From Lama guanicoe (lineage: Eukaryota): 64,000 bases of DNA. Shown piece after piece: positions 22,981 through 36,825 of this stretch (the first letter of the stretch is position 1; the number at the start of each line of letters is the position of its first letter). Location: positions 4,103,757 through 4,167,756 of the forward strand of contig MU054187.1 of NCBI GenBank assembly GCA_013239625.1, read 5' to 3'. The notes under the pieces were generated by a model, which worked only from the letters and a program-made list of their open reading frames with translations, had not been told where the DNA came from and ran no database searches. The translations under genes and the position numbers were made by a program.

Positions 22981-25900
22981 AATTACATCCCCGCCTCACC
23001 GAGGAAGCCCTGTTCCCGCCCTCAGCATGTCGGGACAGAGGTTCCTTTTCTTCGCCACATTCCCGCGTGTTTCAATTATTGCAGCCTTTATCATAAAACA
23101 TATCTAACATTACCCAAGAATATTAAGTTGACTTTAAAACTACCTCATGTAAAACCTGGCAAAGAGGAGAGACCAAATCAAATATGTAAAGATGCTTATC
23201 ACAGACGTGGAGACGTGGAAGTGACTTTTGGTTCCAGCAATTTCTAAGACCAGGCCAAGCCCAAACCTTGGTGTCTTCAAATCCCTAAAATGTTGAATAA
23301 AATATACTAATGGCTTTTAGTGTGTATCTGAGATAGTAGGAGGCAGTAAAAATACCCAAGTGTCAGAAATAAAGAACAGTAAACTAGATTATGGATTTCT
23401 ATCAAGACCTCAAACAGACACGGGCTGCTAGCTCTTTCTTCCAAAATCAGGCCAGAAAAAAATAAAAAGAAGCGAGAAAATGATTTGAAGAATTGAAAAA
23501 AAAACCTCAAAAAACAAAACCTCAAAACAGAAACAAGAAGGCTGAGGTCGGTCTGGGCTTGTGTGTAGACAGACGGGGAGCTGCGTCCTGGTCAAGGCTT
23601 GCTGGAGGCAAAGTTTAGAAGAAAACTTTAAGCAATTCTCTGGCGCCTTCCTGCACTTCCTTGGAGCAATCATTGCTCCCCGCTTGCAGGACGGAAATTA
23701 TGGACAAAAGCACAGACTATTGTCGTTCCTCGGGTAACAACAGGGCAGTGCCACGCTCCAGCATCGGTGGTCAGGCATGTCAGGCCTCTCCTCTGCCCGC
23801 TGCTCCCTCCAGACCCCCAGGGAGGACAGATTCAAACCTCTGGGTCCACCTTGTCTCAGTGCTTTTTCCTGATGTGTTGTCTATGGAGTGGCCACAAATA
23901 GAACAGCTAGACAGTGGTTCTCTGATGTGGGGGTCTCCTTGCCCTGGGACCCCTCCCCTCTTCTCTCCTCAAACTCAATGGAGGGGTACAAACTGGGTCT
24001 GGCCCCCTTTCCTTCCCCCCAAAACTGTGTGGGGCAGAGCAGTTGGTGCAGCCATCAGAGTGTGAGTTCATGAGCTCAAGGATCTAAACCCAGATGAATG
24101 CAAACATCATAAAAGAAAGACAATGGACTGGACTGGAGTATACTGTGTGGTATAACCCACAAAGCCGAATGCTGATAACTTATAGTAAATGATCATCAAT
24201 GTATTTGAGACCGTAAAGAAGGAGATTAGCAACATGAAGCCAGAACGTGAGCCGTCAGCGCACAAACTCCTGCTGAGTCCGATGAGGATCATCAGACTAA
24301 GAAATGCTGGTGTCACCACCCACGTGGGTGCACACAGATGCCTTAGGAACTCTCCCTGAGGCCCTCTGACTTCAGTGGTCTAGAAAAACAATTTGTTCAC
24401 TGACTCAAGGTAAATGTTCTCTTTCTGAGCTAGTGTGAAAAGGAGTTCCCCTTGAAAAATTCCAAAAGTGGGTATCTTTATTCTATTTTTATTCTAACTG
24501 GTTGAATTCACATAATCCGTGTCACTTACCCAAGCTGACATTTCCTGAAAATTATGCTGTTGGCTAACAAAGAGCGAATGGTGGTTTTTGCTTTTGAGTA
24601 CATAGCGTTTTCCTAGTTATAATGCAGGTCCATGCAAGAACAAGTGCCATGTCAACAGTAAGATTAAACCAGAAGAATGTCAGGCATATGGCAAAACGTT
24701 GAAAAGAAAAAAAATCACTTTGCAAAGATTTTTCAATCCATGTTCTTTCAACTGTTCTGTCTTTTCTCAGTGGTCTCTGTCTTAAAAGTTTGCCCATCCT
24801 TTTCGCTCTAGATCTTTCTGGGAAGGAATTGGAGTCTTTTAAAATCTTGCTTGACTGGTTATTCACTTATGACCATATTATTGTACCAAACTGGAACATT
24901 CAGTTCCCCTTGCTTCTGTGTTTGGGAGATTCTAGAATTATCTTTTCCCTTCACATTTCCTATTATTTCCTTTCAGGTCAAACCAAATATTTAGCAGAGG
25001 CATTTAATAATAAATTCTGCTTATGACTCACTTTTTTTGATTTCACATTTAGTCTGTGTATTCTATCACATTGAACGTTAAAAGTTATCCATTGAAACGC
25101 TCTCAAAAGTAAGCTGGATGTGACTGAGCAAATTCGCAGTAGTAAATTTCCCAAAGGCTGAGCAAGTCTTCAACAGGAGAATCTCGTTTCTGTCTACAGT
25201 TGTCTAGGCTGACTACTCCATCACGGCAGCATCTACCTCATCTCTCTTATCTACATTCACATTTACAGGACATCTGTATCTTATCTGCATCTATGTGACA
25301 TAATGGTTACCCAAACGTAGCCAAGGGAGGACCAAAGAAAGAGGCTATGTGAGGAAGATAGACACTTGCTTCAGCAAAGAGAAACGGAACTGAGCAGGGC
25401 GGGGCTCATCTAAGAGTCCTGACTGACGCGAAATTAATGCAGATTAATGCAGATTCATGCAAGAGATCTGAGCGAAATAGTGACTCTAGTTTACAAAAGC
25501 TCATGGATAATTTAGATTTTAAAAAGAAAACTCTGATTTTCAACCAAATCAAGCTGCTGTATAACAGGGCAATATATATATATATATAAAAAAGGCAAGA
25601 TTAATTACTCCAATACAGATATTAAAAATCACTTTTTTGTAGCTATCTTTAAACAAGATAGTTTTTCTTACATTCCTAACTCAGGTCTAGGTATAAAGTT
25701 AGTGCTCAGTAAATACTGGATGTTTTTTATAACTAGCTAAATGGTTTTCCTTCTTGCTTCTCCCTATTTAGTTTTTGAGGTTTTAAGATATATATTTATT
25801 TAGAAATTAATCTTGAAATTGTAAATATTTAAGAAGTATTAATGGACTCAGAGCATATAATTCCCATGATTCTTAGATGTCTCTACATAAACCTCTCGTA

Positions 25901-26519
25901 TGACTTTTTAAAAAAAAGGATCCCATTAATCACCTGGTAGCCTAGTAACAGGAGCCAAAGGTAAGGACAGAGCGAGGACCGGCCTCCTGGAGAGAGAACC
26001 GAAACCTAGGCCACAGCTGCCACGTCGCACGCGATTAGAAAGCGTGGGGTGGTAGGAGTTTGGGTGATTTCTCCTTTCTGAGGAAACAGCTTCAAAGCAG
26101 AAAATACAGATGTGTAGAAGGGCTCACGAGGGATGAGCAACAAAAGCTCGCAGAGCACAAGTCTGGAAAGCACCCAGAGAGGGCAGCTCAGCCAGCTCCC
26201 AGCCTCAGACTGGATTATACCTAAACCATTCACGACAGAGGGAAATCGTTCTTTCCGAAGATGTTCAGAGAGAGGGTCATAATGTGGCCCAAAGACAGAT
26301 CCTCCTGAAGCCCCCCAATTCATTTATTTAGAGTCATTCTTGGTTATTTTGTTAATGGAAAGAGAGAGAGAGAGAACCTATGCAGAAAGTTCACTGAAAA
26401 CGAAGGTTCAACTCTTCACCTAGTGAGGCTGTTTCATTCCTCTTAGGTAATGCGGGAATTTCACGTCAGAGACATCAAACGCCTTTGGGCACAATGAAAA
26501 GTGATGGGACACCTACTCG

Positions 26520-26830
26520 AAGGCTTGCAGGAAGCGCCATGGTGAGTATTAAGGCCCCATGGTTTCACCAGTGAATTTTAGTCGACATCTTTATTAATGA
26601 CCTCAAGGCAGATAATCAGTGTGTCAGATTTCCAGATGCTACTTAGGAGGTAATTTCCAAAAAACCACGGACGGCAGGGACGTGATGCTCCTGGATTAGA
26701 GAAGCCAAACCATCCGTCTAGAAGCGTAAAGAAAGAACACATTGAAGCGGTCAACCTCTTTTTCTAATGAAGAAGATTGCAGAAAGAATTCCAAACGTTT
26801 CACATATATTTTGTTTAAAATAAAATGTAG
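26520..26830 (+). mobile_element. L3/CR1 LINE reverse-transcriptase fossil
   Basis: 26581 onward translates as VDIFINDLKADNQCVRFPDAT*, matching the CR1 RT motif FNIFINDL...KFADDT. Confidence 0.7.
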
Positions 26831-28189
26831 AGTGATAAGGACACTGTTTTGTGATTATCCCGTCATGGTTCACTCAAAACAGCTTCGTCGACTGTCGCGC
26901 ACGGGATCAGGGAGGCGTGTGCACGGACGTGGAGAACTGCGTTAAACAGGGATGCGGTTGTGCATGGCAAGCCTGCCTCTCAGGCAAGCCACGAACACGA
27001 ACTGATCTGTCGAGAGAGCCTCCTCCAATCCTAAACAAACTGCTTTAACGGAGCTCTGAAATTTCCTTGGCTAGTAGCAACGATTTACTCTCCTTTAATT
27101 AATAGAATCACATCTGTCTTTCTCTTTTTTGTTCTCAATCTCATTTACTCTGATCATTTGGAAGCTCCACAAAGTAGACCCCAACAAGTGAGTCTTCGGC
27201 AGATGGGCGACTGCAGTGACTTATTCGGAGTCTCTTAGCAGGTAGATGGTGTCTGTGGTTCATCATTCTCAACCGCTCTCCATGGTTCTGTTCACTGAAT
27301 GACACTGCTTTTTCTTGGGAACTTTTTTAAAAGAAGAGTTTCTGCTCTTAGAGGTGTACGTGTCTTGTGAAACCCGTCTAGCTAAATGGGGACAGAGTCC
27401 TGGACTTTACAGCGTCCCGGCAGGGCTGTAAGACTGGGGGATGATGCCATGAAGATGATTATTCTCAGCTCCGGCTGAACTTCAAAATCATCCAAGAAAA
27501 ATTTTTAAAATCTCAGTGTCTAAATTTTCAATGAACTGAAACCAAACGTCTTGCAGAGGAATGTGGACACCGGTCTTTCTAGAAAGCTCCTTAGAAGAGC
27601 GTTGCGCAGTGAAGGGGAGCAGCCCCTGCTGCGGGCGAGACCTGGGTTTGGTGAAGAGTGTGTACTGTGTACAGTCAGTCACTGCCACCAGCAGAGGGCC
27701 TGCTACGTCTGACACAAAAACTTCAAAAATGTGACTGATTTAGAGCTCAGCTCTCCATCAAAACCCTGTTCTGACACTATGGGTCAGAGGACAGCAGTCG
27801 GGCTAAACTGCCTTCTAATCAGAAAGTGTGCAGGAGCCACTGAACTGAGCTAAACCCCAAACAGCTGGCTGTTACAAATAATTTCACTTGAAAGCCATCT
27901 TATCTGGCAGTTTAGACAAGTTTTAGGGAAAGACCCTCAAAACAAAATTGATGGCTAATTAAGTGCTTTCTGAAGGACAAGGGCAAGGCTAACAGGTCTA
28001 ATTTTTTTCTTAACAAATCTGTGCATACATTTATCCCTTTCTAGTCAATTTTAACATGCACCTTGTCTCCAAAAATTATGCTAAAGCAAAAGAGTCCAGA
28101 AATAATAAAATGTTTGCCTGTGCATCACTTCTGATTCTGGTCTCATTTGTACCCGTGGTTTTTTTCTTTTTTAAATGTACAGAGACGAT

Positions 28190-28670
28190 TGTGTCACTTA
28201 CACAGAGAGGTCAATGCCACTGAAAGAAGAATCTGTAACTGACATTTCCCAAGAGGAGGGGGCATGTCATGCCAGGCAGGGCCACAGGGGAAGCACCAGG
28301 GTCTGGCCGGGAGCAGAAGCAGGAGCAAGGGAAGAGCTAAGCCAGAGCCTTTATCCAGGTTTCTGTGGGAAAGGCAGAGCAGGGCAGGGGTAACAGGTTA
28401 GGACTGGCTCCTTTGAATAATTATGTCGGGCTTTGTGCTGCAGGGGCGTTGCCCGGTACCTGGCTCTTGGATGATTTAGGACAGCGAATGTATAGGTTGG
28501 GTGTGCACATGGCAGATGGAGGGAGTCATTGGGAGGACGGACTCCAGATCAGTTAGTCTGCTTATGAAAGGGGAGCTCTTGGCCCAGCCCTTTGCTGCCT
28601 CTCAGAATTGGCTGGCCCTGGGAAAGCAATCTCTTCCCAGTATTTTTAAGATGTCAAAAATCAAAACATA
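28190..28670. mobile_element. ERV-derived solo LTR (family uncertain)
   Basis: ttcccaagaggagggggcatgtcatgcc...ggggaagcaccaggg...ttaggactggct...tttgaataatt...tttaagatgtcaaaa resembles a eutherian LTR. Confidence 0.6.
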
Positions 28671-29607
28671 CAGAAAATTTTGAAGCGTGAAGAAAGCAAT
28701 ACTTCCTTCTGGACAAACAAGTCGTGTGAGCTGGAAGGTGCTGGGCTCCTTCAGCCCCCGTGCGGTGTCTGGGTCAGTGACGGAGGTCCGTGCGTGGCCA
28801 TGGGGAGCAGGAACACAGCGGGAGGGTTTTCTGACAATCTTCAGGTGAGTGAGAAGATGAATCAACGATAAAGTCTCAAAATCCGATTTTACGTGCTCTG
28901 AGAAACAGGAGGATGTTCTTTATTCATTAATCCTATTTACGCAGTGTCTCCTAGATATTTCTAAAACTTCAATTGGTATATGGTCTGAAATGAACAGAAA
29001 AGAATAAAAAAACATTTTTTTTTTGCCTCCTCCTAAAACAGAAAACAGCTGAAACCTTTAAGGTTCTACACACTCTATGTAGTTTTAATATACTTGGTTG
29101 ACCTACTAAAAACATGTTCTTTTCCAGATTCTACGCACAGCTATGCCCACAATAGCTCTAGACTCAGAATTTTAGGGCAATATTTTCATTAGATAGTTTA
29201 CAGAATATTTTAATTTTATATTTCATTGTCTCTGGACTTGGTAAATGAAAGTACATTAAAAGGAACATCACTTACAATCAAATACTAAAAATTTGCGGAA
29301 AATGGTGAAAAAAGGTGAGAAAAGGGCAGGTAGTTTTCTTTTTATGTCCACATTTTCGGGATCAGCATAACAAAGCAGTTATAACGTAAACTTTGAGTAA
29401 AAACATACTTTGACACAAAATAAGGGCTGCTTTGCAAAGGAGGCTTGCACTCGCAGTGAGTCCAACTTTCATATTTAAAGCTAAAGAGATTCCTGGATAG
29501 TGCAGTTCTCTTACACGGTTTCATTTATGCGACTCAGATCCTGCCTCTTGAGCGACTGGTATTCATACGCCCCCGAATGACAGGACTCCTGGATGGCTGA
29601 GAAGCCC

Positions 29608-29623
29608 GCCAGTAGGGGGCGGC
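29608..29623 (+). promoter_or_regulatory. CTCF motif (forward)
   Basis: GCCAGTAGGGGGCGGC fits CCASYAGRKGGCRS. Motif match only, with no binding data. Confidence 0.6.
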
Positions 29624-30994
29624 GTAGAGCAGATCTGCTCACGGTGCGCGGCGTCCCCCCGCCAGCCGCCGGGTCCTGCGTCCGTGGGGGGGCCTGTCTA
29701 AGCAGAACAGGTAGACGCTTCTACTCCCTCAGTTTCCGGAAATTATCACTTCGTGCTCCAGCTTTCCTTTTATGGCCTCACCTTGAGAAAGATACTCTTG
29801 GAAACTCAATTATCTTTCTATTTATATTTAAGCAGTGCTCATCTCTATAAAAGTAGAAGAGGAAATTTGCTCTTTTTCTGATTCTTAAGTGTTTAAAAAT
29901 GTAAAAGGCAGCACTTTGCCTCGTCTCTCTTCCAACGGAGAATTAAAGGAAGAGTTTTATTGATTTGTTTTAAGGACAGTGAGTTTAGGTTTCATTAACT
30001 TAAATAACTTGCCTGATCAATTTCATGAATCATTCATTTCACATTTTATAGACCATCTATATTTCAAAGAGGCATCACCTATATTCCCTGAAACAGGCTT
30101 TTCCAGGATCTGTGAATGAGTTATCGTTGCTATGTTTATTTTGTTTTACTTTATTAATTGTTATATTTTTTGTGAGGCACAAGGTTGGAATGTGAGTGGG
30201 GACAGATGAAATCAAAAGAGATTTTTGGTTTAGTTTCTTCTTCTTCTTCTTTTGTTTTTTTCTTTTTGCAGGGTTCAGTCTTCGCTTCAGGCTTTGTGAA
30301 CAGAGAACTTCCAAACCACACGGTGATGTTCCTTGGCTCGGCTTTGCTGTGGTCTGTGGGAACCTTCAGGAGTCATGTTGAGGGCTGCCCCATGCCCCAC
30401 ACTGTGGTGGGAATGTTGCATGTAGGTGGTTGATGTTCTCTGCTGTTTAGCAGCAGGAACAAAGGAAACTAGAATAAAGTATGCCACAAATGTTTTCTCA
30501 TGGATGACTCACACTCTAAATGGTTGCTCTTTAAAGCCACTATTTAAATAATACCAACATGTTCTAGAAACATAACAACCAGCCCACATCGAGGTTGCAG
30601 TTGGATCATACCCGCCTCTTTTGGTCCTCTTCAGTGGAAGACTGTACTCAGCACTGTAGGGTAGAGGTGGGGAGATGGGCTGTAGACTGTGTTCAGTAAG
30701 TGTTTATTGAGGTTTACTCCATGTTAGAAATTTTGCTGAGCACCAGTGATTCAGTTATGAGAAATCACCTTGCTGTCAATAAATGTGTAGTCTGTGCAGA
30801 TATCACATAAGAAGTAAATGTCATGTAGCACAGTATACACTAACCAGAAATAGAATGCAGAGTACAAGTATCAAAAAAAGAATGGCTGAAGAAGTCTACT
30901 AGCTTAAAAATCTTGTTAAGAATTAATAAAAAGATACATGTCAATAATTTAGAATGCAATGTGTAAGTGAGAATGAATGTTATCAAAACAGTAA

Positions 30995-31150
30995 AAGCCA
31001 AAGATGATTGTGTCTGGGACTACACTGAGTCACTTCCATGCATTGTTTAATTCCATTCACATAAAACCAGAGGAGATAGGCAGTGTAATGATGCCCCATT
31101 TCTGCAAGAGAAAACTGAGGCTTATTAACGCGAAATGTCTTGTTCCGCAT
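30995..31150 (-). mobile_element. MIR SINE
   Basis: ccccatttctgcaagagaaaactgaggctt. Confidence 0.65.
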
Positions 31151-31209
31151 CAGTGCTACTCAAAGTGATGCGTGGAATGCTGCTGGTCCATGAACTGTTC
31201 ACCATAGAT

Positions 31210-32010
31210 CTGGTCTGGGGTTTTACTCATTGGAACATTCTTGATCACTGATTAAATCTCTTTGCTTGTTTTAGTTCTATTCAGATTTTCTATTTCTTCT
31301 TGAATAGGTCTTGACAGTTTTTGGTTTTGTTGTCGTTCGTCTCAAGGCATTTTGTAATCTCCCTTGTGATTTCTTCTTTGACCTGAAGTTGTCTGAGTGT
31401 GTCTTTTAATCTCCACATATTTGTAATTTTTTCAGTTTTCCTTCTGTTACCAATTCTAGTTTCATCCCATTGTGGTCAGAAAAGAGACTTCGTATGATTT
31501 CAATTTTCAGTCTTCGTAAATTTACTGAGATTTGTTTTGTGACCTAACACATGCTCTAGCCTAGAGAGCGTTCCATGTGCACTTGAGAAAAGTGTGTATT
31601 CTGGGGCTGTTAAGTGGTGTGTTCTGAGTGTGTCTGTCAGGTCTAAGTGGTCTAGGGTGTTATTCATGTCCTCTGTTTTCTGATTGCTCTCCTGTCTGGT
31701 TATTCCATGTATTAACAAAAGTGGGGCATTGGCGTCTCCAAGAGTTATTATAGAGCTATCTCTCCCTGCAGGTCTGCCCTTCTTTGCCATGTGTATCTTG
31801 GAGCTCTGTCAGGGATGGACATGTTTCTAGTTGCTGTATGGTCCTAATGTACCTGTTCTCAATACATGTCCTTCTTTGACTCTTACAAGATTTTTCTTGA
31901 CTTGAGGTCGATTTTGCCTGGTAATAATACAGCCACCTCTGTTCTCTTTTGGTCACTATTTATATGGAATAGCTTTGTCCACCCTTTACTTTCAACCTCT
32001 TCATATTGAT
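31210..32010 (-). mobile_element. L1 ORF2 fragment including the endonuclease domain (degenerate)
   Basis: ORF 31500-31790 (IITLGDANAPL...LDLTDTLRTHH...EYTLFSSAHGTLSRLEHVLGHKTNLSKF) matches L1 EN (IIVGDFNTPL...DLIDIYRTLHP...EYTFFS..H.TYSKIDH). It is frameshifted. Confidence 0.92.
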
Positions 32011-33529
32011 CTAATTTGAAGCCCTTGCCAACATCTATTGGTCACTCATTTCCTCTCACTCTTCATCACAATTCTTTGTTCTTCTTCAGGGCATCCTTCT
32101 TTCTATTTCCAGCACATCACATTTATCCCCCAATCCAGGTCTCTGTGTCGTACTTCCCCTGTTTTCTTTCTCTCCTTTCTCCTTTTCCCCATTCAGGTTC
32201 TTACTTCTCACATTTATGAAGAGCTGCTCTCAAAAAACACTGGGAATTTCATTCACATTCAAATTGGCTTCAGATCACAGCAAAAGGTATTCTTCCCAGG
32301 GAGAGTCTTTTTTTTAAACTGAGAACAAATGTCTAAATAAAATAAAAATGATTTAATATGTGATAATTATGCCCTCAGATTTTAGAAACTAAAGGTAGAT
32401 TTTCTGTATCCCTAATCATAGGCCACCTGGTTCTTCTCTGAGGAGAAGGCGGTCAAATACTATTTTGGACCTTGGAAAACTGGGTAAAGATGAGGAACAT
32501 GACTCTAGAAAACTTCTGGATGATTCAGTGTTATTTCTAGAACCAGAGGAATAAGAAGACGCGACTGAAATGAGCAGGTCTTTCAATTAAATTTCACTTT
32601 AGGCAAAAATAGATACAGATACACATAAGACAATGAAAAGAAACCACGAGGCACAAAGTTACTCTGATTTCAATTTTTTTAACCCAAAATTCTCGTGATT
32701 TCTCTTATGCTTCGGGTAAATGGACACCACAGTAGGCTATGAAGGATGGTCAGAGGAGACAGTGGACATTGTTTTCAGTCTTGAAAATAACCTGAACAAA
32801 TGTGCAGTTCTTTTTACAGACCTACTGGCTCACCATAGCATTTTAATGATCTGGTGCTTCTTGAAATCCTAAAGGTAGAAATGGGACATGCCTTATGCTT
32901 CCTAAGATTATTCAGAATCAACCACAGATCACCAGGAGGGAACAAGAGTGTCAGCACTGTGAGGTGCTAGATACAAACACATGGCTTACAGTATAGTTTC
33001 CTTCTTGCCCCTTGATTGATGAGTTTAATACATTCTCAGGTACACTGCCCGCTGCACAAGCCTGGAGGCTGCTGGGTGGGGGTAATAAGAATAATGCCAT
33101 AATGCGAATCTCAGGGTAGTTTAAGGATTGGATTTGTGCCGCTGTAGTACATCGAAAGCACTCCTGTGTGAAATTCGTATCCTATGTGACACTTGGGGGA
33201 ATGAAAAAGAAAAACAAAATGCACCCAGGAGTCAACATGCCATTACATGGTTTGAATGTTCTCTTAAAAAACAATCTACCTGTTTTGGCTTCTGGAAAAT
33301 CTGCCAAGAAAGGAAGACGTTTGCAATTAATATGCCAACAGGAAATGTCTCTGAGGTGAAGATATGGTCCTGGCGTTTTCGGGGAAGCATCCAGGGGAGG
33401 CAGGTGCGCTCCAATGATCCTCTGGCTGGGTACACAGCGCCAGCTCCGGGACTGCGAACTTCTTTCAACCTTCTTATCGTGTATCACTAATAAAATAAAC
33501 CAAATAAAGCAGAGTATTCTGCCCGAGGC

Positions 33530-33680
33530 ATCCCAGTGGTGGAATCCTGGCTCTGTTCCCTATGAGCTGTGTGACTAGGGAAGTTATTTAGACTTTCTGA
33601 GGTTTAGTATCCTCATCTGAGCAATGGGAACAGTAAGAGCCATCTTAGAGGATTTGTGAGGGTTGAGCAATTCACATCCA
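33530..33680 (+). mobile_element. MIR SINE
   Basis: gaatcctggctctg...agctgtgtgactagggaagttatttagactttctgag...cctcatctg. Confidence 0.8.
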
Positions 33681-33959
33681 AGAAGGTAAAGACCCTTTAA
33701 GTCTGTTTAGAAAACATTAGTTTCCTCTTCCCATGTGAGACTTTTTATGCTCACTTAAGCATGCCACCAGATCAACACTTGCTGCAACCAAACAGTAAGT
33801 TTTTGACAACAAGGAGTTAAAAGGGAGCATCATTCTCTCCCTCCCGGGCACCGGCTGCTCGGTGCTGCTACCGTGTAAACAGCTGTTGGAAACCACACAG
33901 AGCAGGTGCTGTGAGCTTTGTTATCATCGAAGGCCGAGAGCTGACCCCAGAGCTAAGTT

Positions 33960-34465
33960 TTCTGTTGTGAATAATGACTCGCCATATATTGAACAGCTTA
34001 CAACGCTCATCTATTACCTTCCAGTTTCTTTGGGTCAAGAGTCCAGACATTGTTTGACTGGGTCAGGGTTGCAGTCAAGGGGTTGACCGCACTGCCGTTC
34101 TTCCTTGGAGCTCAGGGTTCTCATCCAAAACCACTCAGGTGTCGGCAGAATTCAGTCCCTTGTGGTTGTTCAACTGAGGCTCTCAGCCCAGAGGCAGCCG
34201 CTCTCCAGAGCAGTTCACAGCATGGCCCTTTGCTTTCTTCCCTGAGGCCAGCAGGAGGGCCTCTCTCTGACGGTTCACCTTCAAAGGCTTCTGTCACTCT
34301 GTTAGGGCCACCCAGGATACCGCCTTTGAGGAACTCAGTCAACTGACTAGTAACTAACTCATGGTGCTGACATCCAGTGCCAGCCCCGGGTTCTGCTCAC
34401 ACTCGAGGGGTGGGATTCTACACGGTGCGCACGAAAGAAAGCACACGTCTTGGAATTCTGTGTGC
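33960..34465 (-). mobile_element. MaLR MLT1-type LTR
   Basis: cagtttctttgggtcaagagtccag...ggcagaattcagtcccttgtggttg...ggccacccaggata...tcaactgactag. Confidence 0.7.
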
Positions 34466-35383
34466 TGTAGTCAGGTGGCCCAGATCCAGAGGAACATCTT
34501 CAGAAGAAGGGAATCTTCAGTCACCCGGCTCTGATTTTCAAACCAGATCCAAGCTTCCTGCTGACGAGCTGCATTTAATCTGAGACAGCCCTGGTCTTCC
34601 CAGCATTAGCTGGTTGGTGGCTACAGAGCTGGGAACACCGGACTGACCAGTGTGACGTGAGACCCTCAAAAGACAAACAGTCACGTGGCACAAAGTTTAA
34701 GGAGCTGAGCTAGAGGTGGGGGATCCGCATGCCGGGTGTCCTCAAGCGCTTGGCAGAAATTTTTAAGCTTCTTTTTAAGCTTGTTAATAATTCTGAGACT
34801 TTGGCTTCATGTCAGATGAGGAAGTGGCATCTCAGAGAAAATAAATGACTCATCCAAGGCCATACAGCTAGTTAGTCTGCAGGAGAGCTGGGTCTTGAAC
34901 ATACACCCACCTTCCTTAGCCCAGGCTTTTCCAATATAGCATTCTGCTTTTCCTGTTACAAGTGGGGCCATCACGCACAGAACTTTTCTTTTGTGTATGC
35001 CTTGGAGTATGGTCATTGACTGTTCCTTGAGGTGTGCGAGGTGCCTACAAGAATAAGAACACGGTCAGACTGACCCTTGGTATCTTGAGAGGACACAGGT
35101 ACCACTTTTTTTTTTTTCCGATTATTAAAACAACTGGGGAAGATTTGGTTGTGGAGGATGAGATTGGACTGCGTTATTCAGAATGAACATTACAGAAGAC
35201 TGAAGGGGGTTGCAAGATGAAGTCCCCCTTCTTCAGACCGTGAGACTGTTGACTTGCTTCTGCAGGAGTTTGAGAGTTGAATTTATTGCCTGTGATCCAC
35301 CAACATTCAACTCAATAAACTAAGGTAAAAATACACAGGCTGGTGACATGCCCAGACTTGTAAGCAAAACTCCTTGTGGGGAG

Positions 35384-35710
35384 GTTACGGGTTGATTAGG
35401 CACCTCGCTCCAAATCCTGTGTTGAAGTCCTGACTCAGTAGTTCAAGATGTGACTGTACTTGGGTACAGGGTCTTTTAAAAGGTCATTCATGTAAAAGGA
35501 GGTCTTCAGGGTGGGCAGTGATCTAATGTGACTGGTGTCCTTACAAGAAGGAGGTTGGACACAGACGGGCACAGAGGGAAGCCCTTGTGAAGCGAAGGGA
35601 CAAGGAGGCGTGCACTGTCCAAGGACTTGACCGTGGACTCCCAGTCTCCAGGACTTCTGTTGTTCGAACTCCCCGATCTGCAGTGCTTTATTCTATCTGT
35701 CAACTAATCC
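35384..35710 (+). mobile_element. MLT1A/B-like MaLR LTR
   Basis: gttacgggttga...tgttgaagtcct...atgtgactgtacttggg...atgtgactggtgtccttacaagaagg...caactaat. Confidence 0.8.
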
Positions 35711-35749
35711 GGGGTGGTGGGAGGGTGTTATTCCACAACCACAGCAGAT

Positions 35750-36330
35750 TCTCACAGAAAAATACAGCCTTAGTAATGTTCATGTCTCAGTTTATAAAAT
35801 GATAGCAAATGAGACAACAATCTACCGGGAATGAGAACATTATTAGACCTTGAGGAGGTCAAAAATTATGAGTACAACATGAAGTAGAGAATAGCATAAT
35901 ATTTTAAATGGTTGAAGATGTAAATGGAGGAATTGGCAACTTAAGAGAAGGTTAAATTCTTTGAAAAATAAACAACACAGAAATGGAAAAGAATTTACAG
36001 AAATTAAAAAATATGTATTTTTTAAAATTAGAAAGAGAAATGGGCCAATTAAATAACAAATTGGAGACAGGCTAGGCTTTAATAACCTTAAAGACAGACA
36101 TGAAGGATTTATATAGCATTCACTAAAAAAGGATAATAAATGAAAACTAAGATGGTGAGAGACTTAGACGATAGAGTGATAAAACCAACATATATCAGAA
36201 ATTTTAGAAAGCAAAGTAGGATGAAGAAGAAGGAAAAAGGAGCAGAAGATGATGCGATAATACGGTTCCATTTTTGAGGAAAAATTACAAAATTAAACGC
36301 AAATTTGAATGAGGTTAAACTAAAACAATC
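35750..36330 (+). mobile_element. Old L1 ORF1-region fragment
   Basis: A-rich, ORF1-like composition (aattaaataacaaattggagacaggct...gagacttagacgatagagtga). Confidence 0.45.
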
Positions 36331-36464
36331 CAGGAATTGTGGCTTTCTTACTGACTTCATAAAATTAGACATTCTATGACACCTCTAATTCTCTACTTTT
36401 TTCACTGAGCAAATCCCCCAAAGCTGCTTTGCGATTAACTTTCCACAGCTCACCTCTGCCACTA

Positions 36465-36825
36465 GGGTCGTGGTCACCTCTCCCTCGCGCCCGTTTGCGG
36501 GGCTGGCAACGTGGCGGAGCGGCGAGCGCTCAGCCCGGCAGCTCCGCTGCTTCGGATGCTGCGCGCGGCCGCCCCGACGCCGCGCCCCCTGCAGGGGAAG
36601 GGCCGGCAGCGCTAGCGACGCCGCAGCGCGCAGGCCCCGCCGCAGACCCGCCGCCCGGTCTGCGTGCTCGGTGGTATTCGTGGAGAGCGTTGCTTGGTCT
36701 CCGTTACCTGGTCTGAGACACGGAGGTGGCATACCTGGCTCGCAGGCTGTGGGAGGATGGCTGCCCTCCTCTGTGTGACTCGCTAGCGTTGTGCTCAGCG
36801 CGGAGCGAGCGGTCGGACGGACACA
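36465..36825. promoter_or_regulatory. Orphan CpG island / GC peak
   Basis: About 350 bp with dense CpG between AT-rich flanks and no recognisable coding exon. Confidence 0.7.

Noticed and set aside
31500..31956. ORFs with endonuclease-like motifs as a host gene
   Set aside because: Frameshifted L1 ORF2 fragment.
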